From the NCBI RefSeq assembly GCF_964204645.1, contig NC_134026.1, forward strand, positions 25,950,150 through 26,014,149: a stretch of 64,000 nucleotides of DNA. The letters are read 5' to 3'. Position numbers and translations under genes: made by a program. The stretch is from Tubulanus polymorphus. Its lineage: Eukaryota; Animalia; Nemertea. The notes beneath the pieces are model-generated. The model saw only the letters and a program-made list of their open reading frames with translations. It was not told the DNA's origin and made no database searches. Shown here one piece after another: positions 52,529 through 64,000 of this stretch (positions are counted from its first letter, which is position 1; each line of letters starts with the position of its first letter).

Positions 52529-54763
52529 ATGGAGGTTTCTGTGAACGCATCTGTATTGTCAGCATTGTTTTATGAACAACTGAACTGTGCTGGTGATCAA
52601 GTGAGTTTTGATAACAGTTTAACTGCGATATTTCCATTTAATCTAATATATTTATTTGGTTGCACTATTTACCGAATGTAACCGACTTCTGCTTTGAGCT
52701 GTCAAACTGACCGTATTGTGGTCAGTTTAACATACTCTCAATAAGATCAACCGTTCATAATTTACCGCATTCTTATTGTTCTCAATACTTTTTACAGGAA
52801 GGATTTCTTCTGGGACGCATTGTTAATAAGATAACCGATACCATCAGTGACTCCCATTTGAACAACATCAAAGAAGAAACTGTAGCTTGTGAGTGATAGC
52901 ATTTGATTCAGTTTCGAACATTCACATGTCATCGTTGTTTTAAACATCCTGGTGAAAGATATCATTGATATTATCGTAGTCAGTAACCTGTCTGTGTGTG
53001 GTTTAGTTTCATGATCAGATATTTTCACCAAGCCCATCCGATTCTCAATACTTACCGCCAATGATTGGTTAACAAACTACATAGGCCTAGTCTGATGCAC
53101 TGTTTAACACATACATTATTGTCTTTTCTGTTTCCAGATCTTCAAGCTTTCATACCTTGCAGCAATGTCTTTTCATTCTACAACAGCATTGGGGAAATTG
53201 ACCTAGAACAGTTGTCCAAAATATTGGGAGGGAGAGAAAAGGTAATTTTAAGGTCGATGTTTACAGTTCACATGGACGTCACATGTGAAATAAATACATA
53301 CAGCGGGACCTTGTAACAGCGAACTTCACGGGACCAGAAAATATGTTTGTTATAACAGATAGTTGGTTATATCCTGAAGCCTATGATATTAATTAAATCT
53401 TCTTACTCAGGATGAAATTCTATAGGGACTATTTGTTATATCCTATGAATCGTTGCATTTGAGTTCGTTATAATGAATTTTTTTATTGAAGGATGTGATT
53501 GGCTGGTATAAATTCAGACGGAATTCATCATTGCATGTATCGGCCAGAGAAAATGCAGTACATCGTAACCTAGCTCCGCTATTTCCCGGCAGTCAGTCTA
53601 ACCATATGTTATTTTTACTTATGTCCAAAACTCATACAAGCCACTTTTCTACACATTCATTTGAACATGTATGCCTACAGTGCCACGAACGGTATGTACA
53701 ATACAGTCCTGTGATTTCGCTTTGTTGAGTTTTTGTCTGTCCCCATATTTTAGGCTTATTTCACGTTTATTGTTTTAAGGGTTTTTACGCCGGTGTCATT
53801 TCGGGTGAATAATCTGGGTCACACGACCACTAATGAGTATAAGGATTACAGGATTACACAATGTGCGGCAGGAAGTGAATCATACTCTAATGTTCTCCTG
53901 CATTTCCAGTAAGAATTGATTACTTGTTTAATTCTTATCTTATTCTACTCTTCGTTCATCAATGACAGAAGTTTTTTTTCTGATTTTGCAGACCTGAATT
54001 TATTGAACGTTCAGGTGAAATAAGGGAAGTAGCCTACATAAGACAAGTTAACGCAACAATCCAACAGAAATTAGCGGTAAGTTTTTAGAAATTTCTTCAT
54101 GCAAAGAAATAGGGTCCATCATGAAGATCTCTTCAGGTCTAACTTTTGACAATTTCAGGCATTGTGCAATGATATGATCGATAGTGAAGAACAAATTGAT
54201 AAACTACAGGATGAAGTGACTAGATTACGAAGTCAATTAAAACCAGCCAAAGTACCTCAAAAATGTGCTGGTATGACATCAGAATTCTCATAAATTTTGC
54301 TGACTGGGTAACATATGATGATCTGGTCAGATAACTTCTTATATTTCTTGCAGAGAGTCTGGTCGACATACATCATGGTCCTTGTCTAAAAATACCAACA
54401 ACGAAAAGCATTCCTCTTGAAATGGACCTTCAGTTACTGAAACCTGTACCAGTTTCTCAAGAACCAAGTTTCTCTAAAACTCTTACAAACTCTACAATTC
54501 TGAATGATTCACCTTCCGAATCGCAATCTAAAAAAAATCCGGGGCATTTCGATTTCCTAAAGGATTTAGTTGATCAAACCAAAGCAACTATATCGCCAAG
54601 TCGAATCCTCAAGTCAAACACTTTGCCTCGCATGGGACATAAATCAACAAAAGACATAGAAGTGGAAGAAAAACGATCCCAGAGACAGAGCTCTGAACCA
54701 CTTGATGATAATAGAGACGACGAACAAATGGACATTGAAATGTCCAGTTCACCTGTGTTTTAA
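52529..54763 (+). CDS. ABRAXAS1: BRCA1-A complex subunit Abraxas (FAM175 family, MPN- domain)
   Basis: MEVSVNASVLSALFYEQLNCAGDQ|EGFLLGRIVNKITDTISDSH, FSFYNSIGEID, DVIGWYKFRRNS, coiled coil, and C-terminal SSSPVF* (SPxF BRCT-binding motif). Confidence 0.9.
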
Positions 54764-55814
54764 AAGTATCTCGGCAATAATGTATGTAATGTAAAGAAGT
54801 GTTTTAAGTGCTTAATAGGCATTCGGTCGGCCTGAAGTGTGTAGTTAAGAGGTCGTTTTTTATGGCATATATTGTGCCACTTTGCCGATTGTGTTCAAAG
54901 TTGAGATTCGAGTCCTATGAACGAGTAAAGGTGTTTTTCAAATGAAAATTGTGTAATAGGTGCCGTGGATATTGTATCATTTTTTCACCCCCCAGCTGTA
55001 TTTAATGATTAACGTATAACCTATCTCAACAGTTCTTGAAATAACTTAGTTTTGTTAACCAAATATGTTCAATATCCATTCAAATTGAAATGAATACTTG
55101 TAATTTATTGTACTCCTTTAAGTCAAGAAGAATAACTATTTTATAATGCAAAAACTTACACAATTTGTATTTGTTTCTGCTGTGGATAATTCCCATGAGG
55201 AAAAGCATGAGATAAGTGTCCAGCTCCACAGTAGTAGTGAGTGAGAAATCTAACAATGGATCAGGAGTGGCCAGAATTTTAAGCTAGCTGTATAGGATAT
55301 AAACTGTCCACCAAGAATAAACAATGTAAAAATTATCTATGAATATATAAATTTATTCTAATCTGGATTAATAAAAGATTCTAACAATTAGCAATAAATG
55401 GACGGAATTACGTACTGTTTTTATAAATCATAAATAATTAATAGTTAACCATAACTACAATTAAATCTCAGAGAGCTTCAAAATGATAAAATAACATATG
55501 ATCCAGAATTGAAATGGCGATACATCCAAATTTTATTTAAAACTTTTAATATTTTTAAGCGCAAACTGATATGTATTCATCTATAAACACTAACCTCTTA
55601 AACTGAGAATGTTTAGATACTGCAAATCCTAAGAAATTAATGCCTTCTAGTACATATGACATGTTATATTCTATGACTAGCTAAAATGAAATGCCTTTGA
55701 ATACCATTTTCCGATCATAGAACTCAAAACTACGATTTACATAATACACATACAAAGCTTTTGATCTCTAAAGATACTGAATAATAAGATGAGTTGAGCA
55801 GCGTGTGTTGGGGA

Positions 55815-58800
55815 TTAAGTATCTCTTGGTTTAGAACGATACACTGATGCTGGCATTTCTCCAGTAAATGCTTGGAAGCGATATTCTAGTTGTTTTCGCC
55901 TTGCTTGTAACTGCTGTTGAAGTTCATGGGCCTGAAAGCAATTGGTAATGTATAAGTTATAAGTTGGGTGAAAAACAATGAGTTAAGTAACTTGGCTTAA
56001 AGAGAATTCTCTTGTGTTTATATTAAGTAAAATAAGCAACAAACAATACATAGTTAAACACTTATATTTTTTACAAAACAAGGAGCCTATCGGCTTATAT
56101 AGCTTCGCTGTGTGATTTTAATAAATAGAAGGGGCACCCCCTGGGGAAAAAATCCAAAAAATGACTAACTTAGTAGGCCTTGGTCCATAAAACATTCATA
56201 CCAAATTTGGAATTGATTTGATTAAAACTGTAAGACTAGTAGCAATTTTTTTTTAAAGTTGACGGGCAACGACGACGGCTCACCCCCTGACCTTCAGTCT
56301 CAGCGGAGCTAAAAATTATTCACTTAAGACCAAAATTTTACTTAACCATAATTTTTGAAAGACCTTGTATAGGCTTAATGTAGATGCCAGTATGATGTAC
56401 AAGTGTGCAGGTGAGAATTATCATTAAACTACATGATTAACTATAGTGATAGTAACTAATAGCAGATTCAGTGCGTAGTAATGTAGTAATGATTGCGCTA
56501 GTGATATATAATATATATATATATATGGGATAAGTTATTTACGTGTAATAATTGTTGTTAGAACTTATGGATGTTTGAAATCCTTAGGTCACTACACTGT
56601 TTCATTAGTTGAGCCTGTAGAGACTGTACCTAAACAACATATACATTTAAAAATTGTTGAGTTAGAAAGCAGCTCCAAATCAAAGTACCGTAAACAAGTA
56701 TTTAACTTACCATTTCTAATTCACGTTTAGCAACTTTCATCTCATCTTGTGGATTACCCTTTGGTTGTTTCCGTCTTTCAATCATTTCATGAGTATGTAA
56801 ATTAATCTTTTTCTCCAATTCCCGGTCACGAGTTGCCCTTCAATTGAGAGGAATAGACAACATTTTGAAAATGTTTATTGTAGGCCAAAAAACGTCCCAA
56901 ATTTAAAAAAAAACTATAATTCTAACCTGGCTTCTTCTATCTTCTTTTTCGTGTCAGGTGACATGGCATGTCTTATCTTTTCATGAGCTTCTTCAACTTC
57001 CCGCTGAAAAATATACATTCATGTATATATCATAACTGTGTTATACCAAGCACAAAATTCTCAATCATCTTCCAATTCACATCAGAAAATGTATACCTTA
57101 ATTCTCTCTTCATTTGAAAGTATCTTGATATGTTCATCCTCAATTGCATACGGGGATTTTTTAACAGTTTCCTCAAAGTCTGCAAAATAATTCAGCAAGG
57201 AATTGTTGACAATGATATACATGTACAAATGTAGCTTAATTCCTGCAATGTTACCTGTTCCTTTCTTTAAACGTTGCATATATTTTTGTCTTTGTTTACG
57301 TTTCGTCTCGTCCCTCCATTCATCCAACTTCTCCTGATCTCTATAATTTTAGGTTTTAAGCAAATTGTAATTCAGTGTAAAAACCACAATCATGAAATGG
57401 TTCTGTTTTAACGGTACTAACCTCCTTCTTTGTAAAATAAGATCCTGTTTCTCTTTAAGTTCTCTAATTCTGGCCAATCTTTTCTCTTCCCTTACTTTTT
57501 TCTCTACATTCTCGATTGGTGGAGGGGTCGGAAAATATTCCATATTTCGACTTCTCTTTGATTGAGCAGATAATTTCTTAATAGATTCGGCACTGTGAGA
57601 TGAGGGATAAAACGAATGAGATATGAATTAACCGATAGATCCTAGATAAATGGTCATTATTGAGAAGTCCCATACCTGGCAGATTTATCCATACGTTTGA
57701 TGGTAGCGGCTGATTTCTCTGTACGTCCTGCAGCTCCAGCCTTTTTCAGACGTTCCATATGTTGCTGTCGTATCTGATAATAGCTGACAGGTTTATGTAG
57801 AGCAGCACTTTTACCGATTAGATCGCTGTCTCGGCGCGAGATCAGATGTGCATCTACCGGGTTACTTGATCGTCGTTGCAGTGACGAGTTAAATCCTGTT
57901 TTATTCTGGCGCGATGGATTTGATCCGAAGTCCTCATCGCTGGAATCTTCATCTGAATCACCACCACGTATTGACATTTCTGTCAATTTGTTTAAGTCGT
58001 TCGCTAAAAATATTCCCAGAATTAGATATCAACATAGGCCTACGCTTACTCCAGGCTATAGATTTTCATTCGTGTTCATCCCACATTTAAGGTGTTCTAT
58101 CCTACACATACCAGTTAGAGATTGCGGGCTTTTTCCTTGTGATTTATTCAGCAGCATTTCTCTAAGATATAACAAGATTTCAGGACAGCCTTGCTGTATG
58201 ATTTCAGCTGGTGGAAATTCTATAGGATTGTCAGTCAAATTCAAGCCGTTTAAAGTTGGAATCAATCCTGCAATTACAGCGAAAAACAAAAACAGTTACA
58301 CATAGAATTATTCTCAAATGGTAGAAATAAATTGTCGAATGAAATGCCTACCAAGTTCAAGAGGAAGTGACTGTAACTGATTTCCTTCTAAAAGTAAATT
58401 TCTCAAATTCTGGTGGCGTCCAGTATATGTACATGGCAAAGATAGTAAGCAGTTATTACGCAAGTCCAACCAGCGGAGATTCGGCAAGTACTTGAAAAAG
58501 TCTTCAGGAAGGCTTTGTAGTTTGTTTCCTTCAAGATATAAGTACTGAAAAACACCAAAAAAATTCCCCCATAACCAGAGATATAAACCAAAACAACCTT
58601 GGTTCAGATGGAAGAGTTCTTAGTGATAGCACACACCTCTAGTTTTTCCAATTCTAATAATTCTGGTGGAACTATAAGAAGATTTCGTTGAGTCAGATCA
58701 AGTGCAGTTGACCCTAAAGCCTTCACACGTTCTATAAGCATGCTTACAATAGGATCAGTTTTACAGCTGGATTCACTGTGGCCATTCTTTCCTTGTGATT

Positions 58801-58846
58801 TTTCGGTGCTGGTATTTTCGGGTTCAGGATCTAAATCAGATGCCAT
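55815..58846 (-). CDS. LRRC27: Leucine-rich repeat-containing protein 27-like (multi-exon)
   Basis: N-terminal LRRs (YLYLEGN, LPNLRWLDLRNN, LRNLLLEGNQLQSLPLELG, LNGLNLTDNPIEFPP), charged coiled-coil C-terminal half, terminal LEYRFQAFTGE. Confidence 0.8.
56076..56312. mobile_element. Non-autonomous Helentron/HINE-like repeat remnant in the last LRRC27 intron
   Basis: Begins AAACAAGGAG, has CCAAATTTGG and GACGGGCAACGACGACGG internally, and ends in a degenerate hairpin GCTC...CTGA...TCAG..GAGCTAAAAA. Family assignment is by recalled resemblance only. Confidence 0.5.
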
Positions 58847-59906
58847 CCTGGAATAAAGGATGCCTCTTTTCTCTATAATCAGCTGTAAAATAAAATATAT
58901 CATGATCAATGCTATTCTTCTAGATTCTCAATGAGCCTCTATAAGGCCTACTAGAATAGATGCATTTTGTTTGGAATCTCAACCTGGTGGTAGTAGTTAA
59001 TTTTAACAAACGAGCCTCAAATTTCAACCTAGCCAAATTTCAACACTTGATAATCATATCAATGGAATCAAATATCAGTGATAATGGAATCGACTTCATT
59101 TGTAGTACTAGACTAATAAAAAGTGAATTGACAGCTCTGAGAGTCTGTGACTGTGAGGAGATTTAGGCCTAATTCTATTCTTCTTCGAGTTTACATTACA
59201 ACTTACCTTAAACAAAATAGCATCAATAGAATATCTAAAGCCTCCTCGTTAATATGATTTTTAAGAATAACACTTTCTAATGAGAAAGTAAGTTATTGGA
59301 CGACAGGAAAGATCATTAAACACAGTTAAACTACTAAAATACCAAAATTTGTTTATCCGGAACTCGGCAACACTGACATAGTACATGACAGTGGTTCGTG
59401 CAGATCAATAAATATTTTATCATATCAACTCCATATCGCCAAAATGGCCATGTCGATTCTTTAAAAAAATCAAGAATATTTGCATGATGCAATAAGAATG
59501 TATTTATGGCGATATTATATAAAAGTGCTAAAATTAATCCACAAATATATTGATCATTCGCGACCTATAATTTCTACGTTCGATTGTGACCCTATACGTA
59601 ATGTCTGCACACTGCCGGTAACTTCATGGTTGAAATGCATTAAATCCATGTTCCTATATTTCGACCCAGCTAATACCTAAGTATTCTTTTAATAAATGTT
59701 AAGAAGATTATGTTTACGTTGAATCGATATTCATAAATGACCATTTGATTTTTACCTGTGATCTGTACCTTTTATATATTCAAAATAAGTTTTCTAAATG
59801 GCAGTGGCACTAATTACTAAAATATACCGACGTGTACATCTGCGTCGAAAACTCAATATCTTATTTCTATTTTAGATTTAATGCGTGAATGAGATTTTGA
59901 GTGGAA

Positions 59907-61820
59907 ATGGCAGTACAGCATTTACTTCATCATGTGGAAATAGGAGTGCGTCATGGATTAAGTGCTGTTAAACGTTTGGTGAATGGCTTCAATTTTAGGA
60001 CCATTGCCAAAAGAGACGCTGATCTCGTGCAACAGTGGCTATTGCAAGCGGGAAGTACTAAATTCCTCATTACTCAATTGAAAAACTCGGGAGAAGATGA
60101 TTTTAGCATACCATCGCAATTACACACAAAAGACAAGTACACTGCCAATTGGAACGATTACTTGGTTGATAAGCGTCTGGTCACAAGAAACGAATTGATA
60201 GATTCTGTCTTTAACGTAGCTTTAGAAGTAAAAGATGTTGAAAGGTGTGTGAAAAGAGTTTCTCAACAAGGAGCTCAAGTTTTACGTCCTCCATCAAGAT
60301 TTGCAGACACCAATGGTCATGTTACATATGCCACTGTGCGTTCCTGCGTTGGAAATGTTATTCATACATTAATCAATTCACAAAACTATAAAGGAGTATT
60401 TTTACCTGAATTTGTGCCAGTGAATAGCGAGCCGACATCAGTTATTACGACTAAACCTCTGTTTGATCATGTTGATCATATCACGCTAGCTTGTCATAAA
60501 GGCTCATCACTAGACATCATCAAATGGTACGAAGATGCATTTGGGATGAAGAGATTTTTCTTAAACAGGTACAAATATGTTTGATATAAGACGGGAGCCA
60601 TGATGTGATGTTATCAACTCTCATCATTTCAGTTTAATTTGAAAATTTAACCTCGAAATTTTGTCTTTCAGTGAAGAAGATACAGAAGGAGGATTTGTTG
60701 TACAAACCAAAAACATTGGTATGCGATTGTTTGCTATGAATTATTGGAAATGTTCTGAAATGGGACTTGAAATGCCTCCAGTTGAAAATACATCGGAAAG
60801 CCTCAAACTAACAATAGCTGAAGCATTGCCTGGTGATGGTAAGTATCCTCTTTTTCTGTCCATTCATTCATCTCGAAAAATCTACCGATAACAGTAATCC
60901 AATATTTTCCAGGTCCAAATCAAGTAGAAACATTCTTACAAGAGCATCTTGGAGCTGGTATACAGCATATAGGACTCCATACCGATTCAATTTTAGATAC
61001 AGTTCATCAATTCTATCTGAATGGAGTTGAATTTCTTAATCCACCACCAACGTACTATACCAAGGTTAATAGTTCTATGTCAAACAAACGCAATTTTAGA
61101 CTCTGCCTTACTCATCCTCGCTTGTCAGGGTTTGATTGCTGCCCACCAACTTGAACCCTGGCCGCAGACCCTTCATGACTGAATCTAAAGTGTAAAATGT
61201 TTCTATCCTTATAATTTTACAGCTTGGTAAACTGTCGGAAATCAGTTTGGTTGGTGAAAACGCCAAACTTTTACAGCAGCGTGGTGTATTATTGGATGCT
61301 GAAGCTGATGCAGGAAACACATCATCAAGTGTTGATGAATATAGGTAAGCTCAAACCGAAAAACAATTACTTATACTTAAAAAGTTGTTCTGTATGGGAC
61401 CATTCACAAAGTATATATATAATGCAAAAAAGAGCAATTTTTAAGTCTATGGCAGTCTATATATTGTCTATGGCAGTAATCAGATTACAAAATTTGAAAT
61501 CTTAGCAAATGTGCCTTGCATCAAGGTTAGTTTTATTTTTAGCGTGTCTGGTTGCATAATTTAAACATGAAGGCTGTTGCAAACGTACTTTATGAACGAT
61601 TCCAATCTATTAATGCTTTGTAAATTTCAGGTATCTGATGCAAGTGTTTACTAAAACTTTATTCGATAGAAACACATTTTTCCTGGAGTTGATTCAGAGA
61701 AATGGAGCGTCAGGTTTTGGCGCTGGTAACATCTCCGCTTTATGGACAGCTGTTGATGCTTATTTTCAGTCACAAGAACAAAATCATCAACATTCAGCTA
61801 TTAAACATAGTGGAACTTGA
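59907..61820 (+). CDS. HPDL: 4-hydroxyphenylpyruvate dioxygenase-like protein (5 coding exons)
   Basis: [99 protein letters not shown]; the His/His/Glu iron-ligand motifs are present. Confidence 0.92.
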
Positions 61821-62936
61821 AACATCGCAGCTGTAGTATAGATTCTAGACTTTGAGTAATGCACCAGTATTAATTAACAATGCAGTTAGAATATAATGTA
61901 TCATGTAATGTATCTCCGATTGAATGTAATTATTTCCAGTAGTCATTGTTGATTTTGATTGATTATACTGAAATAAATTGTTTTATGAAGTAAATTCCTG
62001 ATTTAGTCTGAATAGTTGAGTGCTAAGGTTCCAGGATTTGGCATTTTCATTAGAATTTATTCATAAGAATGTAGACATAAGGAAGTTGCACAGCAGTATC
62101 GTGCGGAGGCATGAAGAATCATGTAGTCTACACAGGAATAAGGGGCCATTCATTAAGTTTTTATGCAAAACAATAACGACCCTTAGACCTCATTATTGAA
62201 TTTCAATAAATTTTATTAGTAAAATCTTTATTTTTAACAAGCTATTTTTCAATTCAATAAGCATTAATAAAAAATGTACCTAAATTTTCTCATTATAAAT
62301 AACTGATCGATGTTGAATTCATATTACAGTACACATTTTCAAATTTCTAGTGGATTATATACATTTACAATATTATTCTCCTAAGAATATCATGATAACA
62401 AATATCACCCCAAGCTTAGCACAGAAAACTACTGGCATTTTGAGGCATATGCATGTATATACCTGCATAATACATCATTTTATAAATTTGCAACCAACTT
62501 GTCGCTGATACTAAGTCACAAGATCATTTGGAGTTCAATAAGACTAGAACTTTTACTGGCTTAGATGAACTTATTCAATATTTTACATACCATATATCTA
62601 AATACATGTACAAGTAGTTTATACCCATAATATATAAGTACAGCAGACTTGTTTCATCCGGATCATTTGGGATCAATGAATCCAGAGAAATCCAGATAAA
62701 CCATATTATAGATACATTTATGCTAAGTTAACCATACTTAAAATCTAGGTTGAATCAAAGTCCAAATTAGTGGGATCTAATGTATAACTTAAGTATTGCA
62801 AGATACTGATGTACTGGGCTTGGTGTTTGATATAGATATAAAATACAACTCAATCATTACACCAAACGTACAATATCAGTTTTATTTCTTACCTGGGTAT
62901 GACAATACTTATTGTCAGAAACTAAAGATACGTAAT

Positions 62937-64000
62937 TCAGTCACTTTCAACTGGTTCACATTTTATAATAGTAGGTGTACTACAGGAAGCACTAATAACA
63001 GGCAATTCTATATTGGATGAGATGCACTTTAGATTCTGCATGTTATCAGTCAAATCATTCAGACTTGTTTCTACATTTTTATATACTAAACACCCGTCGG
63101 GTTCATCTTCAATAATTTGGTTGCTTTTTAAATCTGTCTTTTCTTTGTTCTGATGAAAAGACTCGTGATAATCCCGACTAGAGTTTTCTTTTTTGTCAGT
63201 AGAGAGAGAAGCCTCTGTAGGTATCACTCTAATGTTATCCTCAACGTTTCCATAGTGAATCATCAGAGAATCAGAGTCTATTGTTGTTTCAATTGGGAAT
63301 GGATATGCAGTGTTATCATTATTTTCTGTACACACACTAGGCTGCTTACATGTAGATGATTTCAATTTTGCTTTTGTCAGTTCATTTTGTACATTTTTTA
63401 GCCATTCAATCTTGGCTTTATTGGTTAAACAAGAGTTCTCCAATTGATCTATCATTGAGTACGAAATGCTAACACCAGACATTTTGTTTACAAAATCTGT
63501 GCTCGAAACATCATCAACTTTTCGGTGATCGTCTAAGTGATTAGTGTCCACTGACCTATCCAACTTTGTGTCAACTTGGTTACCAGTACTACACTTCTTC
63601 ATGTCACTGGAACTGTCTGAGGAAGACACTTCAGAGCTAGCACCTGCAACACTGCTACTACTAACCATATCATTCACAATAACATGACCGTCTTTTACTC
63701 TAACAGTATCAGTCAAATTTGTTGCAGAAGGTTTCGTTGTTCCAGATAGTTTAGTTGAAAGATATTTCAACTGATTTAGTGGTTGAGACATAGGGAAAGA
63801 CTGCATTTGATTTTCAATACTCGGCACTGAATCATTGCCGCATGGTGCAGAAACACTTGTGTATAATGATTTTAGCTGTTCAGTTGCAGTGAAACTCTTC
63901 CTAGAATGTGGTTTTGTGTGAACCTTTTTCACGTGAGATGTATTTGTATCAAGTTCAGGTAATTCATTTTTGGTCAATACAGAATGAAGAACTGATGTAG
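62937..64000 (-). CDS. Terminal coding exon of an unidentified gene (5' part outside the window)
   Basis: Frame is open from the window edge to TGA at 62937; >350 aa, Ser/Asp/Asn-rich, no recognisable domain. Confidence 0.7.
   Translation of the reverse strand, partial: TSVLHSVLTKNELPELDTNTSHVKKVHTKPHSRKSFTATEQLKSLYTSVSAPCGNDSVPSIENQMQSFPMSQPLNQLKYLSTKLSGTTKPSATNLTDTVRVKDGHVIVNDMVSSSSVAGASSEVSSSDSSSDMKKCSTGNQVDTKLDRSVDTNHLDDHRKVDDVSSTDFVNKMSGVSISYSMIDQLENSCLTNKAKIEWLKNVQNELTKAKLKSSTCKQPSVCTENNDNTAYPFPIETTIDSDSLMIHYGNVEDNIRVIPTEASLSTDKKENSSRDYHESFHQNKEKTDLKSNQIIEDEPDGCLVYKNVETSLNDLTDNMQNLKCISSNIELPVISASCSTPTIIKCEPVESD

Overview
AT-rich, gene-dense genomic DNA from an animal with short introns (mostly 70-150 nt); the gene set suggests a compact-genome invertebrate, probably lophotrochozoan (inference). 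From 5' to 3': (1) an apparently intact non-LTR retrotransposon (L1-type ORF1, then APE-RT-CCHC ORF2) whose two ORFs are in one frame separated by a single TAG; (2) an unrecognised gene built from 35 consecutive phase-0 exons, about 30 of them encoding one ~35-37 aa repeat (IAFLEREIERVRNIPPRVEYKTEYVEVEKRMQTDIDR), with a dead exon and a duplicated three-exon block; (3) an activin/myostatin-class TGF-beta ligand; (4) a ~4 kb cluster of secreted-protein genes: an 8-exon minimal astacin that the ORF track misses, a 6-Cys peptide and a divergently transcribed 2-Cys peptide; (5) two intronless orphan ORFs; (6) conserved genes PRODH, LRRC40, a ZIFL-like MFS transporter, ABRAXAS1, LRRC27, HPDL and the last exon of an unknown gene; (7) several foldback/MITE elements. 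All splice models were read by eye from GT/AG sites and frame continuity; no database searches were run.
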